Shown: positions 1 through 10,204 of the stretch, piece by piece
How positions within the stretch are numbered: the stretch's first letter is position 1
Layout: each line of letters begins with the position of its first letter
Sequence record: PQ471460.1
DNA length: 64,000 nt
From: Escherichia phage vB_EcoM_JE01
Reading direction: 5' to 3' (one strand)
Program-made: the position numbers and the translations under genes
The notes under the pieces: model-generated
What the model was told of the DNA's origin: nothing
Databases searched by the model: none
Seen by the model: only the letters and a program-made list of their open reading frames with translations

Positions 1-166
1 ATGTTTGACTTCCTACAGGATTATCCTGAAATTTAACGTATGGTCCTTCTGCAGTAGAAAGCGGGCAAGAACCCGCTATACTTATTTTGTATCTTACTGA
101 ATTGCTTTCCGATAAAAATGGCGTTTGGACATATCCTTGTCCAAACTCTGCCATAAATTTTTCCAT
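1..166 (-). CDS. 35: Long tail fiber hinge connector gp35, N-terminal part only (CDS continues beyond window start)
   Basis: Minus-strand ATG at 166..164, 8 nt after gp34 stop; translation MEKFMAEFGQGYVQTPFLSESNSVRYKISIAGSCPLS... open to position 1; position after gene 34 as in T4. Confidence 0.7.
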   Translation of the reverse strand, partial: MEKFMAEFGQGYVQTPFLSESNSVRYKISIAGSCPLSTAEGPYVKFQDNPVGSQT

Positions 167-174
167 AATACCTC

Positions 175-3100
175 TTATTCAACCCATTCAAATTTAACCG
201 TTTTATTCACTGGGTCAGGAACAATGCGAACATTACCAATTCGTAAGAAATCACGAATAGTAAGATTACCCATTATAGCATTATCAGATGGTAAAGCACC
301 AATATCAGATGGCTGAGGAGGGTTACCCCCATCAAATACCTGAACAAAACTTGACCAAGAGTTTTTGGTTTTCTGCCATGTGCGCGTCCAGCGAGTGGTA
401 CGTGCTTCTGGCGTCGTTGGATAAGTAATCCAATCTTGGTAAAGCGAATCAAGTGTATTACCAAACTGAGTCAATGTACCAGGAGATTTAACTTCTTCGC
501 CACGTTCTAAGTATGGAAGTCCAGTCACTTCATTAGTTTTTTCAACCATTTTAAAATAACCCGGGAACTGGTTATAAGTGGCTGAATCGTTAATATCGAT
601 TGACCAGAATCCGACAGTATCAGATGTTGGTGCGCGGGTATATAAATCAGATGTTTTAGTGCCCTGAGAACGAATTCTCGAGTTAACAGTCAAACCGCCT
701 GAATTTATAGTAGCACCTTTGGCAATAATTAAGCTTTCGCCAATCGTTACTTGGCCAGATGCATTATTAATAGCTAAAGGACGTAATCCATTAAATCCAC
801 CAGTCTGATCACCTGATGCAGTAAACATAAAATTCGTTACTGATCCATCATTGCGAACAATGAAACCATAATTTCCGTTAATAGCACGGAAAGCATTTGC
901 ACTTCGAGAAATAATTTCACCAGTTGCAGTGACTGAATTACCAAATGTTGCTACACCATTTGCATTCAATGTTCCTGAAGCATTAACATTTATAGGTGTT
1001 ACTGTACCATTGATATTAAATGTTATATTTCCAGCTTTATTGCGCTGAGAATAAAAGTGATTAGACGTTTCATCACCAACTTCAAATACAGTCGAACGTG
1101 TTGTATCTGATTCCCCACTAAATTGATTACCCCACACTCTAATAGTCACCGTCTGTGCTTGGTTAGTTCCAGTTTGAGGTCCTTTCTCAAAAATCAGATG
1201 AGTTTCTGTTCCAGTATTAGAAATAGTTAGTACACTATTTGCCGAAACTGAACCACCAAACGTAGCAGTACTAGATGATACAAGAGGGGCACTCAGATTC
1301 GTTTGTTGGGTTAAGGTTAGTGAACCATTAACCGTCTGCGCAATGTCCCTACGAATGAACTGAGATGAATCTAGACCATCCAATAAATTACTATCTACAG
1401 CTTTTGCTTTTAATGGCAAATAATTTGCTAATACACGGTTTAATTCATATGGTGATACTGCATAACTATTTTTCTCATACAGTTCTAAATCTTGGGTAGA
1501 ACCGACTGTATCATTACCAACGAATGTAATTGAACCAGATGAAGTTTTAACAAAACCTCTTATCGCAGTAGTAGCTGCCCAGGTAGGTTCACTCTGCACA
1601 ATCCATTTTAAATTTTTTGGAGATACAGCAGTATTTGCTGACGTTCCAGTCACAGTTTCAGACTGAGTTGCAACTTTAATAACACCTTCTTGTGCTTCAG
1701 TAGATTTAGTACCTAAAAGCTTTTTAGGAGTTATTAAAACATTATCTAATGTTCCTGTAGCAGCTTCGACTTGTGTAGCTACACGAAGTGTACCACGCTG
1801 TGTCTCATTTGCTTCAAGAATATTAAGGGTATAATGGTCCCAGAGAGTTCCTGATTCAACTAATCCAGATAGAGCAACAACAGAAGTACGATCAGTACTA
1901 TTAAATCTGGTTTTAATTTTTAATGGTGTAGAGATACGAGTATCGTCGACGCCTGCGTCGAATTCAACCTGTGTAGCAATTTCAGCTATACCACTTAAAC
2001 TTTCAGTTGCTCTACGGTCATTTAAAGTTTTAGGAGTGACTGCACGAGTATAATCAGTTCCTGTATTAACTTCGCTTTGCGTAGCAATTTCAATTAAACC
2101 AATTCTTCCATCAGTTGATGTCTTTTTATGTAACGTTTCTGGCGTTACAACCGCATTTGCCCATCCTTCCTGACTTTGTCCAGCAATTACTTCACTTTCA
2201 ACTGCTAAAATTACTGCACCTTGTTGGGTTGGAGTAGCTTTATACTGATCCAAAGCTTTAGGTGAAACAACTAAATTATCAGTGTTTTTATTATAAACAT
2301 TCGTACCATTTAATTCACGGCTAGAAGCTGGAGTAGCACCTGCAGTAGATACAAAGGTTACAATACCAGATAATGATTCAGAACCTTGACGAGCTTGAAG
2401 CTTTTTAGGAGTGATGATTGTAGTATCATCGGTTCCTGCATTAGTTTCTTGCTGCGTAGCAATTTCAGCAACACCTCTGCGAGTTTCAGTAGCTGTTCTT
2501 TCATTCAGCTTTTTAGGAGTGATGATAATATCATCAGCAAAAGAGAATGTAGTATCCTGGTTAACTTGAGCAGTTGTTGCTATTCTTGCGATACCTCTAC
2601 GAGTTTCTGTAGCAGTACGGTTAGCTAACGTTTCTGGAGTAATTGCCAATTCTTTTTGTGGAGAATTTTCTAAATCAGCATTAGCTTGAGCTTGTGTAGC
2701 TAAAGCAATTACGCCTAATCTTGCTCTAGTAGAATCATTTAAAGAATCTACTCTTTCTACGGTTGGAACGTTTTGCTGTACAACCCAATATTTTCCATCA
2801 GAATCTTCTATATAAGCAAGCTCCAAAACTGGAACATAATTAGTTTCACCGTTAAAAACTAATTCTTGAACTGTTACCCATTCAGCTTCAGGCGGATATT
2901 CTGAGCGTTTTGGGAATTGCAACAATTGAACTGAAGAAGCAATTTTATCTTCACCTGCAGCTTTGATTTTAACTGTTTGTCCTTTTCTCATGTAATTCAT
3001 GGAAATTTTGACAGTATCACCAACAGAAATATCAGTCGGAAGCTGAAGTTCAATTGTTTGGGTTGTTCCATTATTCGCGCCAAATACCATGACTTCTTCA

Positions 3101-4044
3101 TTTGGACGAATATTAGAATTAGTTGTTATAATGCGTAAACGTGCTTTACTATCCCCGTCAAACAATCTCCACAATTTCTCATTATCATCAAACATCAAGA
3201 AACCGTCAATCGATGTACGGCCTTCAATGGAATGAGTTCCAACTTCTTGTACTGAAGTTGTTTCATCATATGTAGTAACAATTGTGTGATAAAGAGGATT
3301 TAATTTATCCAAATCAACGAAATTAATAATATCGCCATGATTGGCAAATCTTGGAAGTTTAATATTAATTGCTGATGCAGAAGTAAATCTACGTACGATA
3401 AAATCGTTTGATTGCGCCTGATAGAGACTCGCAGGCGTTACAACTACAGCTTCTCTGCTATAATCAGCAACGTACATTTGCCACAGACGATTACTAAAAA
3501 TTAAAACTATCTGTGATTTTGGATGAGTCATTAGTACTGATCGTACTTGCTGACCTCTAAAATTTACAATGCTTTGTACCGGAGCTGTAATTAAAACTTG
3601 ATTAACTCCAGGTTTTCCTCCAATATCTTGGAGAACGATAGTATCACCGTCAATTGGGGTAGATGGTAAAGTAAATGTAATGTCATTACCAGCTGCAGTA
3701 TCAACTGAAATTGATTCGCCTGATTTTAATTGATAAGGTCCTGATGAAACAGTTGTCCAGTTTGCATCAGTACGTAATGCTCTCCAGCGTACGCTATTAA
3801 AAGCTCCTGCTGGTTTTGGAATATCATTTATAGCAGCCCAAAAGCGGTTATCATAAATGATTACAAAATCTTTTAAATATCCACGAGTTGGATCGTATTG
3901 TTGAACTGTGTTTTCTTGAATTAAGTAATCAACGTTGACACCGTCAGTTCCTACGGTACGATCAGCTAAAGCTACGTTGATTATTTTATCGCCACCTGCG
4001 TCCAGACCGTCTTCTGCTCTGAACTTTCTTTTAATCTCGGCCAT
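175..4044 (-). CDS. 34: Long tail fiber proximal subunit gp34
   Basis: 1289-aa ORF with ATG start at 4044; length and repetitive fibrous sequence match remembered T4 gp34; TATAAATA late promoter upstream. Confidence 0.9.
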   Translation of the reverse strand: MAEIKRKFRAEDGLDAGGDKIINVALADRTVGTDGVNVDYLIQENTVQQYDPTRGYLKDFVIIYDNRFWAAINDIPKPAGAFNSVRWRALRTDANWTTVSSGPYQLKSGESISVDTAAGNDITFTLPSTPIDGDTIVLQDIGGKPGVNQVLITAPVQSIVNFRGQQVRSVLMTHPKSQIVLIFSNRLWQMYVADYSREAVVVTPASLYQAQSNDFIVRRFTSASAINIKLPRFANHGDIINFVDLDKLNPLYHTIVTTYDETTSVQEVGTHSIEGRTSIDGFLMFDDNEKLWRLFDGDSKARLRIITTNSNIRPNEEVMVFGANNGTTQTIELQLPTDISVGDTVKISMNYMRKGQTVKIKAAGEDKIASSVQLLQFPKRSEYPPEAEWVTVQELVFNGETNYVPVLELAYIEDSDGKYWVVQQNVPTVERVDSLNDSTRARLGVIALATQAQANADLENSPQKELAITPETLANRTATETRRGIARIATTAQVNQDTTFSFADDIIITPKKLNERTATETRRGVAEIATQQETNAGTDDTTIITPKKLQARQGSESLSGIVTFVSTAGATPASSRELNGTNVYNKNTDNLVVSPKALDQYKATPTQQGAVILAVESEVIAGQSQEGWANAVVTPETLHKKTSTDGRIGLIEIATQSEVNTGTDYTRAVTPKTLNDRRATESLSGIAEIATQVEFDAGVDDTRISTPLKIKTRFNSTDRTSVVALSGLVESGTLWDHYTLNILEANETQRGTLRVATQVEAATGTLDNVLITPKKLLGTKSTEAQEGVIKVATQSETVTGTSANTAVSPKNLKWIVQSEPTWAATTAIRGFVKTSSGSITFVGNDTVGSTQDLELYEKNSYAVSPYELNRVLANYLPLKAKAVDSNLLDGLDSSQFIRRDIAQTVNGSLTLTQQTNLSAPLVSSSTATFGGSVSANSVLTISNTGTETHLIFEKGPQTGTNQAQTVTIRVWGNQFSGESDTTRSTVFEVGDETSNHFYSQRNKAGNITFNINGTVTPINVNASGTLNANGVATFGNSVTATGEIISRSANAFRAINGNYGFIVRNDGSVTNFMFTASGDQTGGFNGLRPLAINNASGQVTIGESLIIAKGATINSGGLTVNSRIRSQGTKTSDLYTRAPTSDTVGFWSIDINDSATYNQFPGYFKMVEKTNEVTGLPYLERGEEVKSPGTLTQFGNTLDSLYQDWITYPTTPEARTTRWTRTWQKTKNSWSSFVQVFDGGNPPQPSDIGALPSDNAIMGNLTIRDFLRIGNVRIVPDPVNKTVKFEWVE

Positions 4045-4078
4045 TCTCCCGGGCTCCTATTGTGTTTTCAATAATAAG

Positions 4079-4086
4079 TATTTATA
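4079..4086 (-). promoter_or_regulatory. T4-type late promoter (TATAAATA) for gene 34
   Basis: Plus strand tatttata = minus-strand TATAAATA about 35 nt upstream of gp34 ATG. Confidence 0.6.
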
Positions 4087-4089
4087 CTT

Positions 4090-4119
4090 GTTTACTTTAA
4101 GATTTGGATAGTATATAAT
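4090..4119 (+). promoter_or_regulatory. Early sigma70-type promoter upstream of rnh (GTTTAC -35, TATAAT -10)
   Basis: gtttac at 4090..4095, tataat at 4114..4119, 18-bp spacer; T4 early promoter pattern. Confidence 0.5.
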
Positions 4120-4148
4120 AGAAATCTCACTAATTGAACGAGGTTCAT

Positions 4149-5066
4149 ATGGATTTAGAAATGATGCTGGATGAAGATTACAAAGAAGGAATTTGCTTAA
4201 TTGACTTTAGTCAGATTGCGCTTTCAACTGCTTTAGTAAACTTTCCAGATAAAGAAAAAATTAATTTATCAATGGTTCGTCATTTGATATTGAACTCAAT
4301 TAAGTTTAATGTCAAAAAAGCAAAAACTCTTGGATACACTAAAATTATACTGTGTATCGATAACGCGAAATCTGGATACTGGCGTCGTGATTTTGCTTAT
4401 TATTATAAGAAAAACCGTGGAAAAGCACGAGAAGAATCTACTTGGGACTGGGAAGGTTATTTTGAATCCAGTCATAAAGTTATAGATGAATTGAAAGCTT
4501 ATATGCCATACATTGTTATGGATATTGATAAGTATGAAGCAGATGACCACATTGCTGTTCTTGTTAAAAAATTCTCTTTAGAAGGACATAAGATTTTAAT
4601 CATTTCGTCGGATGGTGACTTTACTCAACTTCATAAATACCCAAACGTTAAGCAATGGTCACCGATGCACAAGAAATGGGTTAAAATTAAAAGCGGTTCT
4701 GCTGAAATTGACTGTATGACTAAAATCCTTAAAGGCGATAAAAAGGATAACGTTGCTTCAGTTAAAGTACGATCTGACTTTTGGTTTACTAGAGTTGAAG
4801 GTGAACGAACTCCTTCAATGAAAACATCTGTTGTTGAAGCTATTGCTAATGACCGTGAGCAAGCTAAGGTGCTTCTCACTGAATCTGAATATAATCGTTA
4901 TAAAGAAAATTTAGTTCTAATTGATTTTGATTATATTCCTGATAATATTGCTTCAAACATTGTGAATTACTATAATTCATATAAATTACCACCGCGTGGC
5001 AAAATTTATTCATATTTTGTAAAAGCGGGTCTTTCTAAATTAACTAATAGCATTAATGAATTTTGA
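4149..5066 (+). CDS. rnh: RNase H (5'-3' exonuclease / flap endonuclease)
   Basis: ORF-track start 4134 is TTG; first ATG 4149 has GAGG SD and gives a 305-aa protein MDLEMMLDEDYKEGICLIDF... matching remembered T4 RNase H. Confidence 0.9.
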   Translation: MDLEMMLDEDYKEGICLIDFSQIALSTALVNFPDKEKINLSMVRHLILNSIKFNVKKAKTLGYTKIILCIDNAKSGYWRRDFAYYYKKNRGKAREESTWDWEGYFESSHKVIDELKAYMPYIVMDIDKYEADDHIAVLVKKFSLEGHKILIISSDGDFTQLHKYPNVKQWSPMHKKWVKIKSGSAEIDCMTKILKGDKKDNVASVKVRSDFWFTRVEGERTPSMKTSVVEAIANDREQAKVLLTESEYNRYKENLVLIDFDYIPDNIASNIVNYYNSYKLPPRGKIYSYFVKAGLSKLTNSINEF

Positions 5067-5074
5067 GGTGAATA

Positions 5075-5344
5075 ATGGCTAAAAAAGAAATGGTTGAATT
5101 TGATGAAGCTATCCATGGCGAAGACTTGGCTAAATTTATTAAAGAAGCATCTGATCATAAACTGAAAATTTCCGGTTATAATGAATTGATTAAAGATATT
5201 CGAATTCGTGCTAAAGATGAACTTGGCGTTGATGGAAAGATGTTTAATCGTTTATTAGCTTTGTATCATAAAGATAACCGTGATGTGTTTGAAGCTGAAA
5301 CTGAAGAGGTAGTTGAACTTTATGACACAGTTTTCTCTAAATGA
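5075..5344 (+). CDS. dsbA: DsbA double-stranded DNA-binding protein (late transcription)
   Basis: 89-aa ORF with GAGGTG SD; size and position between rnh and gene 33 as in T4. Confidence 0.8.
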   Translation: MAKKEMVEFDEAIHGEDLAKFIKEASDHKLKISGYNELIKDIRIRAKDELGVDGKMFNRLLALYHKDNRDVFEAETEEVVELYDTVFSK

Positions 5345-5660
5345 TATTCGTCCGGTCGATGAGACCGGTCTTTCAGAAAAAGAACTTTCAATTAAGAAAG
5401 AAAAGGATGAAATTGCAAAACTGCTTGATCGTCAAGAAAATGGATTTATTATTGAAAAAATGGTAGAAGAGTTTGGAATGAGTTATCTTGAAGCTACAAC
5501 AGCATTCTTGGAAGAAAATTCTATTCCTGAAACCCAATTTGCTAAATTTATTCCTTCGGGTATAATTGAAAAAATTCAGTCAGAAGCTATCGACGAAAAT
5601 CTTTTACGTCCTTCTGTTGTTCGTTGTGAAAAAACTAATACATTAGATTTTCTACTATGA
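5322..5660 (+). CDS. 33: gp33 late-transcription co-activator
   Basis: ATG at 5322 (track start 5313 is TTG); 112 aa MTQFSLNDIRPVDETGLSEKELSIKKEKDE... matches remembered T4 gp33. Confidence 0.85.
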   Translation: MTQFSLNDIRPVDETGLSEKELSIKKEKDEIAKLLDRQENGFIIEKMVEEFGMSYLEATTAFLEENSIPETQFAKFIPSGIIEKIQSEAIDENLLRPSVVRCEKTNTLDFLL

Positions 5661-6310
5661 TTAAACTCCGCATGCCTGCTGGTGGTGAAAGATACATTGA
5701 TGGTAAATCAGTTTATAAATTATACTTAATGATAAAACAACATATGAATGGAAAGTATGATGTAATTAAGTATAATTGGTGCATGCGGGTGTCTGATGCC
5801 GCTTATCAAAAGCGAAGGGATAAGTATTTTTTCCAGAAGTTATCAGAAAAATATAAATTAAAGGAACTTGCTTTAATCTTTATAAGCAATCTGGTTGCTA
5901 ACCAGGATGCTTGGATTGGTGACATCTCTGACGCTGATGCACTTGTGTTTTATCGTGAATATATCGGACGCTTAAAGCAAATTAAATTTAAGTTTGAAGA
6001 AGATATTCGCAACATTTATTATTTTAGTAAAAAAGTTGAAGTTTCTGCTTTTAAAGAAATTTTTGAATATAATCCAAAAGTTCAATCAAGTTATATTTTT
6101 AAACTACTTCAATCGAATATAATTTCGTTTGAGACGTTTATCTTGCTTGATTCGTTTTTAAATATAATTGATAAACATGATGAACAGACTGATAATTTAG
6201 TCTGGAATAATTATTCTATAAAGTTAAAGGCTTATAGAAAAATTTTAAATATTGATTCGCAGAAAGCCAAAAGTGTTTTTATTGAAACTGTGAAATCATG
6301 CAAGTATTAA
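5657..6310 (+). CDS. 59: gp59 helicase loader
   Basis: 217-aa ORF, ATGA overlap with gene 33 stop, directly upstream of gene 32. Confidence 0.9.
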   Translation: MIKLRMPAGGERYIDGKSVYKLYLMIKQHMNGKYDVIKYNWCMRVSDAAYQKRRDKYFFQKLSEKYKLKELALIFISNLVANQDAWIGDISDADALVFYREYIGRLKQIKFKFEEDIRNIYYFSKKVEVSAFKEIFEYNPKVQSSYIFKLLQSNIISFETFILLDSFLNIIDKHDEQTDNLVWNNYSIKLKAYRKILNIDSQKAKSVFIETVKSCKY

Positions 6311-6335
6311 TTGCTTATTATAAATAGATTATAAT
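6311..6335 (+). promoter_or_regulatory. Promoter cluster upstream of gene 32: MotA-box-like TGCTT, late TATAAATA and a TATAAT -10
   Basis: tgctta 6313..6318; tataaata 6319..6326; tataat 6330..6335. Confidence 0.45.
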
Positions 6336-6343
6336 TATCTCAC

Positions 6344-6409
6344 TGACCAGCTATGAGGTCATACATCGTCATAGCACCAACTGTTAATTAAATTAAAAAG
6401 GAAATAAAA
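6344..6409 (+). promoter_or_regulatory. Gene 32 autogenous translational operator: mRNA pseudoknot plus unstructured A/U-rich leader
   Basis: Stem 1 tgacc 6344..6348 / ggtca 6357..6361; stem 2 gctatga 6350..6356 / tcatagc 6368..6374 (interleaved = pseudoknot); then ttaattaaattaaaaaggaaataaaa up to the ATG. Confidence 0.7.
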
Positions 6410-7318
6410 ATGTTTAAACGTAAATCTACTGCTGAACTCGCTGCACAAATGGCTAAACTGGCTGGAAATAAAGGTGGTTTTTCTTCTGAAGATAAAGGCG
6501 AGTGGAAACTGAAACTCGATAATGCGGGTAACGGTCAAGCAGTAATTCGTTTTCTTCCGTCTAAAAATGATGAACAAGCACCATTCGCAATTCTTGTAAA
6601 TCACGGTTTCAAGAAAAACGGTAAATGGTATATCGAAAATTGCTCATCTACCCACGGTGATTACGATTCTTGCCCAGTATGTCAGTACATCAGTAAAAAT
6701 GATTTGTATAACACTGACAATAAAGAGTACGGTCTTGTTAAACGTAAAACTTCTTACTGGGCTAACATTCTTGTAGTAAAAGACCCAGCTGCTCCAGAAA
6801 ATGAAGGTAAAGTATTTAAATATCGTTTCGGTAAGAAAATCTGGGATAAAATCAACGCAATGATTGCAGTTGATGTTGAAATGGGTGAAACCCCAGTTGA
6901 TGTAACTTGTCCGTGGGAAGGTGCTAACTTTGTACTGAAAGTTAAACAAGTTTCTGGTTTTAGTAACTACGATGAATCTAAATTCCTGAATCAATCTGCG
7001 ATTCCAAACATTGATGATGAATCTTTCCAGAAAGAACTGTTCGAACAAATGGTTGACCTTTCTGAAATGACTTCTAAAGATAAATTCAAATCGTTTGAAG
7101 AACTGAGCACTAAGTTCAGTCAAGTTATGGGAACTGCTGCTATGGGTGGTGCCGCAGCAACTGCCGCTAAGAAAGCTGATAAAGTTGCTGATGATTTGGA
7201 TGCATTCAATGTTGATGACTTCAAAACAAAAACTGAAGATGATTTTATGAGCTCAAGCTCTGGCAGTTCATCTAGTGCTGATGACACGGACCTGGATGAC
7301 CTTTTGAATGACCTTTAA
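6410..7318 (+). CDS. 32: gp32 single-stranded DNA-binding protein
   Basis: 301 aa; [50 protein letters not shown]..., acidic serine-rich C-terminus; matches remembered T4 gp32. Confidence 0.95.
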   Translation: MFKRKSTAELAAQMAKLAGNKGGFSSEDKGEWKLKLDNAGNGQAVIRFLPSKNDEQAPFAILVNHGFKKNGKWYIENCSSTHGDYDSCPVCQYISKNDLYNTDNKEYGLVKRKTSYWANILVVKDPAAPENEGKVFKYRFGKKIWDKINAMIAVDVEMGETPVDVTCPWEGANFVLKVKQVSGFSNYDESKFLNQSAIPNIDDESFQKELFEQMVDLSEMTSKDKFKSFEELSTKFSQVMGTAAMGGAAATAAKKADKVADDLDAFNVDDFKTKTEDDFMSSSSGSSSSADDTDLDDLLNDL

Positions 7319-7340
7319 TAGATTATATTACTAATTAATT

Positions 7341-7366
7341 GGGGACCCTAGAGGTCCCCTTTTTTA
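7341..7366 (+). terminator. Rho-independent terminator after gene 32
   Basis: ggggaccctagaggtcccc hairpin followed by tttttt. Confidence 0.7.
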
Positions 7367-7390
7367 TTTCAAAATTTTTTTCACAAAACT

Positions 7391-7420
7391 GTTTACAACC
7401 AAAGCATACTGTGGTACTAT
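7391..7420 (+). promoter_or_regulatory. Early promoter (GTTTAC -35, TACTAT -10)
   Basis: gtttac 7391..7396, tactat 7415..7420. Confidence 0.4.
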
Positions 7421-7466
7421 ACAACTATCGGCAATACTGCTGATGATGATTAAAGAGGAAAATAAC

Positions 7467-7694
7467 ATGGCTAAAATTGATATTGATGTTGTTGATTTTG
7501 AATATATTGAAGAAATTATTCGTAATCGTTATCCTGAACTCCGTATCATAAGCGCACTAAATGATCCTAATTGCAATGTTTCAGTTGTTATTGAAGGTCC
7601 TTTAAATCGTCTTAAACAATTTATGGTTAATGAATATTGTGACGGTATGGATGCTGAAGATGTAGAATTTTACACAGGATTTATTGAGCAGTAA
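7467..7694 (+). CDS. Small early ORF in the 32-frd interval (frd.3-like), function unknown
   Basis: ATG 7467 preceded by AAGAGGA SD; ORF track lists 7443..7694. Confidence 0.6.
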   Translation: MAKIDIDVVDFEYIEEIIRNRYPELRIISALNDPNCNVSVVIEGPLNRLKQFMVNEYCDGMDAEDVEFYTGFIEQ

Positions 7695-7738
7695 TTATTA
7701 AGGGGCTATCAAGCCCCTATTAAAATGAGGAAAACACA

Positions 7739-8104
7739 ATGTATATTGGTAGAAAATATGAACTTGTTCCAAGACTTATTGATACATTTATTAATTATCG
7801 CCCGCGTTCTAATTCATCAATAGTTAAAATTATTCAAGAAAATGGCGGATGGTTTGAAGTTAAAGAAGCTTTCTTTGCTGATGGATTTAGAGTAATAAAA
7901 CACATTGAATGCGCTAATGGAAAGCATTTTTACTTCAACGTCTGTGAAGACGAATTTCATTGTTTCCGCGAGTATAAAGAACTGACTTCTGAAGAAGATG
8001 AAGTCGAAGACAAGATTTCTGGCGTAACAAAAATTCACTGCATTGTAGACGAAAACAATGTAGATGAAATCATTGAACTTTTGCGAAAAACTTTCAAAAA
8101 GTAG
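7739..8104 (+). CDS. Small early ORF in the 32-frd interval (121 aa), function unknown
   Basis: ATG with GAGGA SD; several Cys/His residues. Confidence 0.6.
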   Translation: MYIGRKYELVPRLIDTFINYRPRSNSSIVKIIQENGGWFEVKEAFFADGFRVIKHIECANGKHFYFNVCEDEFHCFREYKELTSEEDEVEDKISGVTKIHCIVDENNVDEIIELLRKTFKK

Positions 8105-8133
8105 TTTACAGAAGGGTAGTAGTGTGATACTAT
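8104..8133 (+). promoter_or_regulatory. Early promoter (GTTTAC -35, TACTAT -10)
   Basis: gtttac 8104..8109, tactat 8128..8133; short inverted repeat agggt/accct brackets the -10. Confidence 0.4.
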
Positions 8134-8158
8134 TACCCTATCAACTAAGGAGAATAAA

Positions 8159-8401
8159 ATGAGATTACAACGTCAGAGCATCAAAGATTCAGAAGTTAAA
8201 GGTAAATGGTATTTTAATATCATCGGTAAAGATTCTGAACTTGTTGAAAAAGCTGAACATCTTTTACGTGACATGGGGTGGGAAGATGAATGTGATGGAT
8301 GCCCTCTTTATGAAGATGGAGAAAGCGCAGGATTCTGGATTTACCATTCTGACGTTGATCAGTTTAAAGCTGATTGGAAAATTGTGAAAAAGTCTATTTG
8401 A
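8159..8401 (+). CDS. Small early ORF (80 aa), function unknown
   Basis: ATG with AAGGAG SD; contains a CDGC motif. Confidence 0.6.
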   Translation: MRLQRQSIKDSEVKGKWYFNIIGKDSELVEKAEHLLRDMGWEDECDGCPLYEDGESAGFWIYHSDVDQFKADWKIVKKSI

Positions 8402-8411
8402 GGAAAATAAT

Positions 8412-8654
8412 ATGATTTTTGTATTTGAATTTATGAATGATGAATTCGATTATGCAATTTTTAACGCATTGCATAATCCTGATTTAAATGAATTTAATGA
8501 AATGTTTTCTGACGCTTTGAGTATGTCAGAAGAATACTGCGGAGAATGTCAACGTGTTTGTGTGACAGTCTTTGAAAACAAAGAAAAGACATATGAAGAA
8601 TTATTCTTTGACGCTAATAAAGCCACTGAATGGTTTATTGAAAGGGGATTTTGA
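8412..8654 (+). CDS. Small early ORF (80 aa), function unknown
   Basis: ATG with GAGGA SD; CGEC motif. Confidence 0.55.
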   Translation: MIFVFEFMNDEFDYAIFNALHNPDLNEFNEMFSDALSMSEEYCGECQRVCVTVFENKEKTYEELFFDANKATEWFIERGF

Positions 8655-9242
<588 letters not shown>

Positions 9243-9262
9243 AATAACACGTGGCGGAAAAT

Positions 9263-9610
9263 ATGAGCTTTAATTATTACCCTATTCTATTAGAAAAAGA
9301 CGCGAAACAACCAAAATGGCAGGGTCCTCAGTTTATTAAAGGTGTCTATCAATTAGTAGTTCCTAAAGACAAAATTTATAGCAGTTGTTTCACTGAATCC
9401 GCTTGCAGTATTTTTGGTAATAGTTCTCCGTATTGGAATTTTGATATAAAGCTGGATAGAAATATCGATATTTGGTTGAAAGCTATGGATATTGGCAATA
9501 TCACGTTTGATGAGAATAATTATCATATTATTGGTCGTTTTTCCAAACGTGGTAAAGAATTATATTTCATGCCTGAAATTGAAAGAAAATTTGACGCTAA
9601 ACCGTATTGA
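9263..9610 (+). CDS. Hypothetical protein between frd and td (about 115 aa from first ATG; ORF track start 9251 is GTG)
   Basis: Uninterrupted ORF 9251..9610; no motif recognised; T4 has no gene here as I remember it. Confidence 0.5.
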   Translation: MSFNYYPILLEKDAKQPKWQGPQFIKGVYQLVVPKDKIYSSCFTESACSIFGNSSPYWNFDIKLDRNIDIWLKAMDIGNITFDENNYHIIGRFSKRGKELYFMPEIERKFDAKPY

Positions 9611-9655
9611 TTATTTAGCTTCATAAAATGTATTATAATTTATATAAGGTACTAA

Positions 9656-10204
9656 ATGAAACAATACCAAGATTTAATTAAAGACATTTTTGAAAATGGC
9701 TATGAAACCGATGACCGAACAGGCACAGGAACAATTGCTTTGTTCGGTACTAAATTACGCTGGGATTTAACTAAAGGTTTTCCTGCGGTAACAACTAAGA
9801 AGCTCGCCTGGAAAGCTTGCATTGCTGAGCTAATATGGTTTTTATCGGGAAGCACAAATGTCAATGATTTACGATTAATTCAGCATGATTCATTAATTCA
9901 AGGCAAAACAGTCTGGGATGAAAATTACGAAAATCAAGCAAAAGATTTAGGATACCATAGCGGTGAACTTGGTCCAATTTATGGAAAACAGTGGCGTGAT
10001 TTTGGTGGTGTAGACCAAATTGTAGAAGTTATTGATCGTATTAAAAAACTACCAAATGATAGGCGTCAAATTGTTTCTGCGTGGAATCCAGCTGAACTTA
10101 AATATATGGCATTACCGCCTTGTCATATGTTCTATCAGTTTAATGTGCGTAATGGCTATTTGGATTTGCAGTGGTATCAAAGAAGTGTAGATGTTTTCTT
10201 GGGT
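9656..10204 (+). CDS. td: Thymidylate synthase, exon 1
   Basis: MKQYQDLIKDIFENGYETDDRTGTGTIALFG...QRSVDVFLG matches remembered T4 TS exon 1; the in-frame TAA at 10205..10207 is the first codon of the intron. Confidence 0.9.

Noticed and set aside
61-76. GC hairpin gcgggcaagaacccgc near the window start, considered as a gene 34 terminator
   Set aside because: It lies inside the gene 35 coding sequence, which starts 8 nt after the gene 34 stop, so it is codon-constrained sequence rather than an intergenic terminator.
2386-2628. Plus-strand 80-aa ORF inside gene 34
   Set aside because: Antisense to the well-supported 1289-aa gp34 frame; no SD or promoter; typical spurious ORF.
9601-9655. TATAAT-like strings (tattataatttatataagg) upstream of td as a promoter
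   Set aside because: AT-rich leader with several overlapping TATA-like words and no clear -35 or MotA box; cannot be distinguished from background AT-richness.
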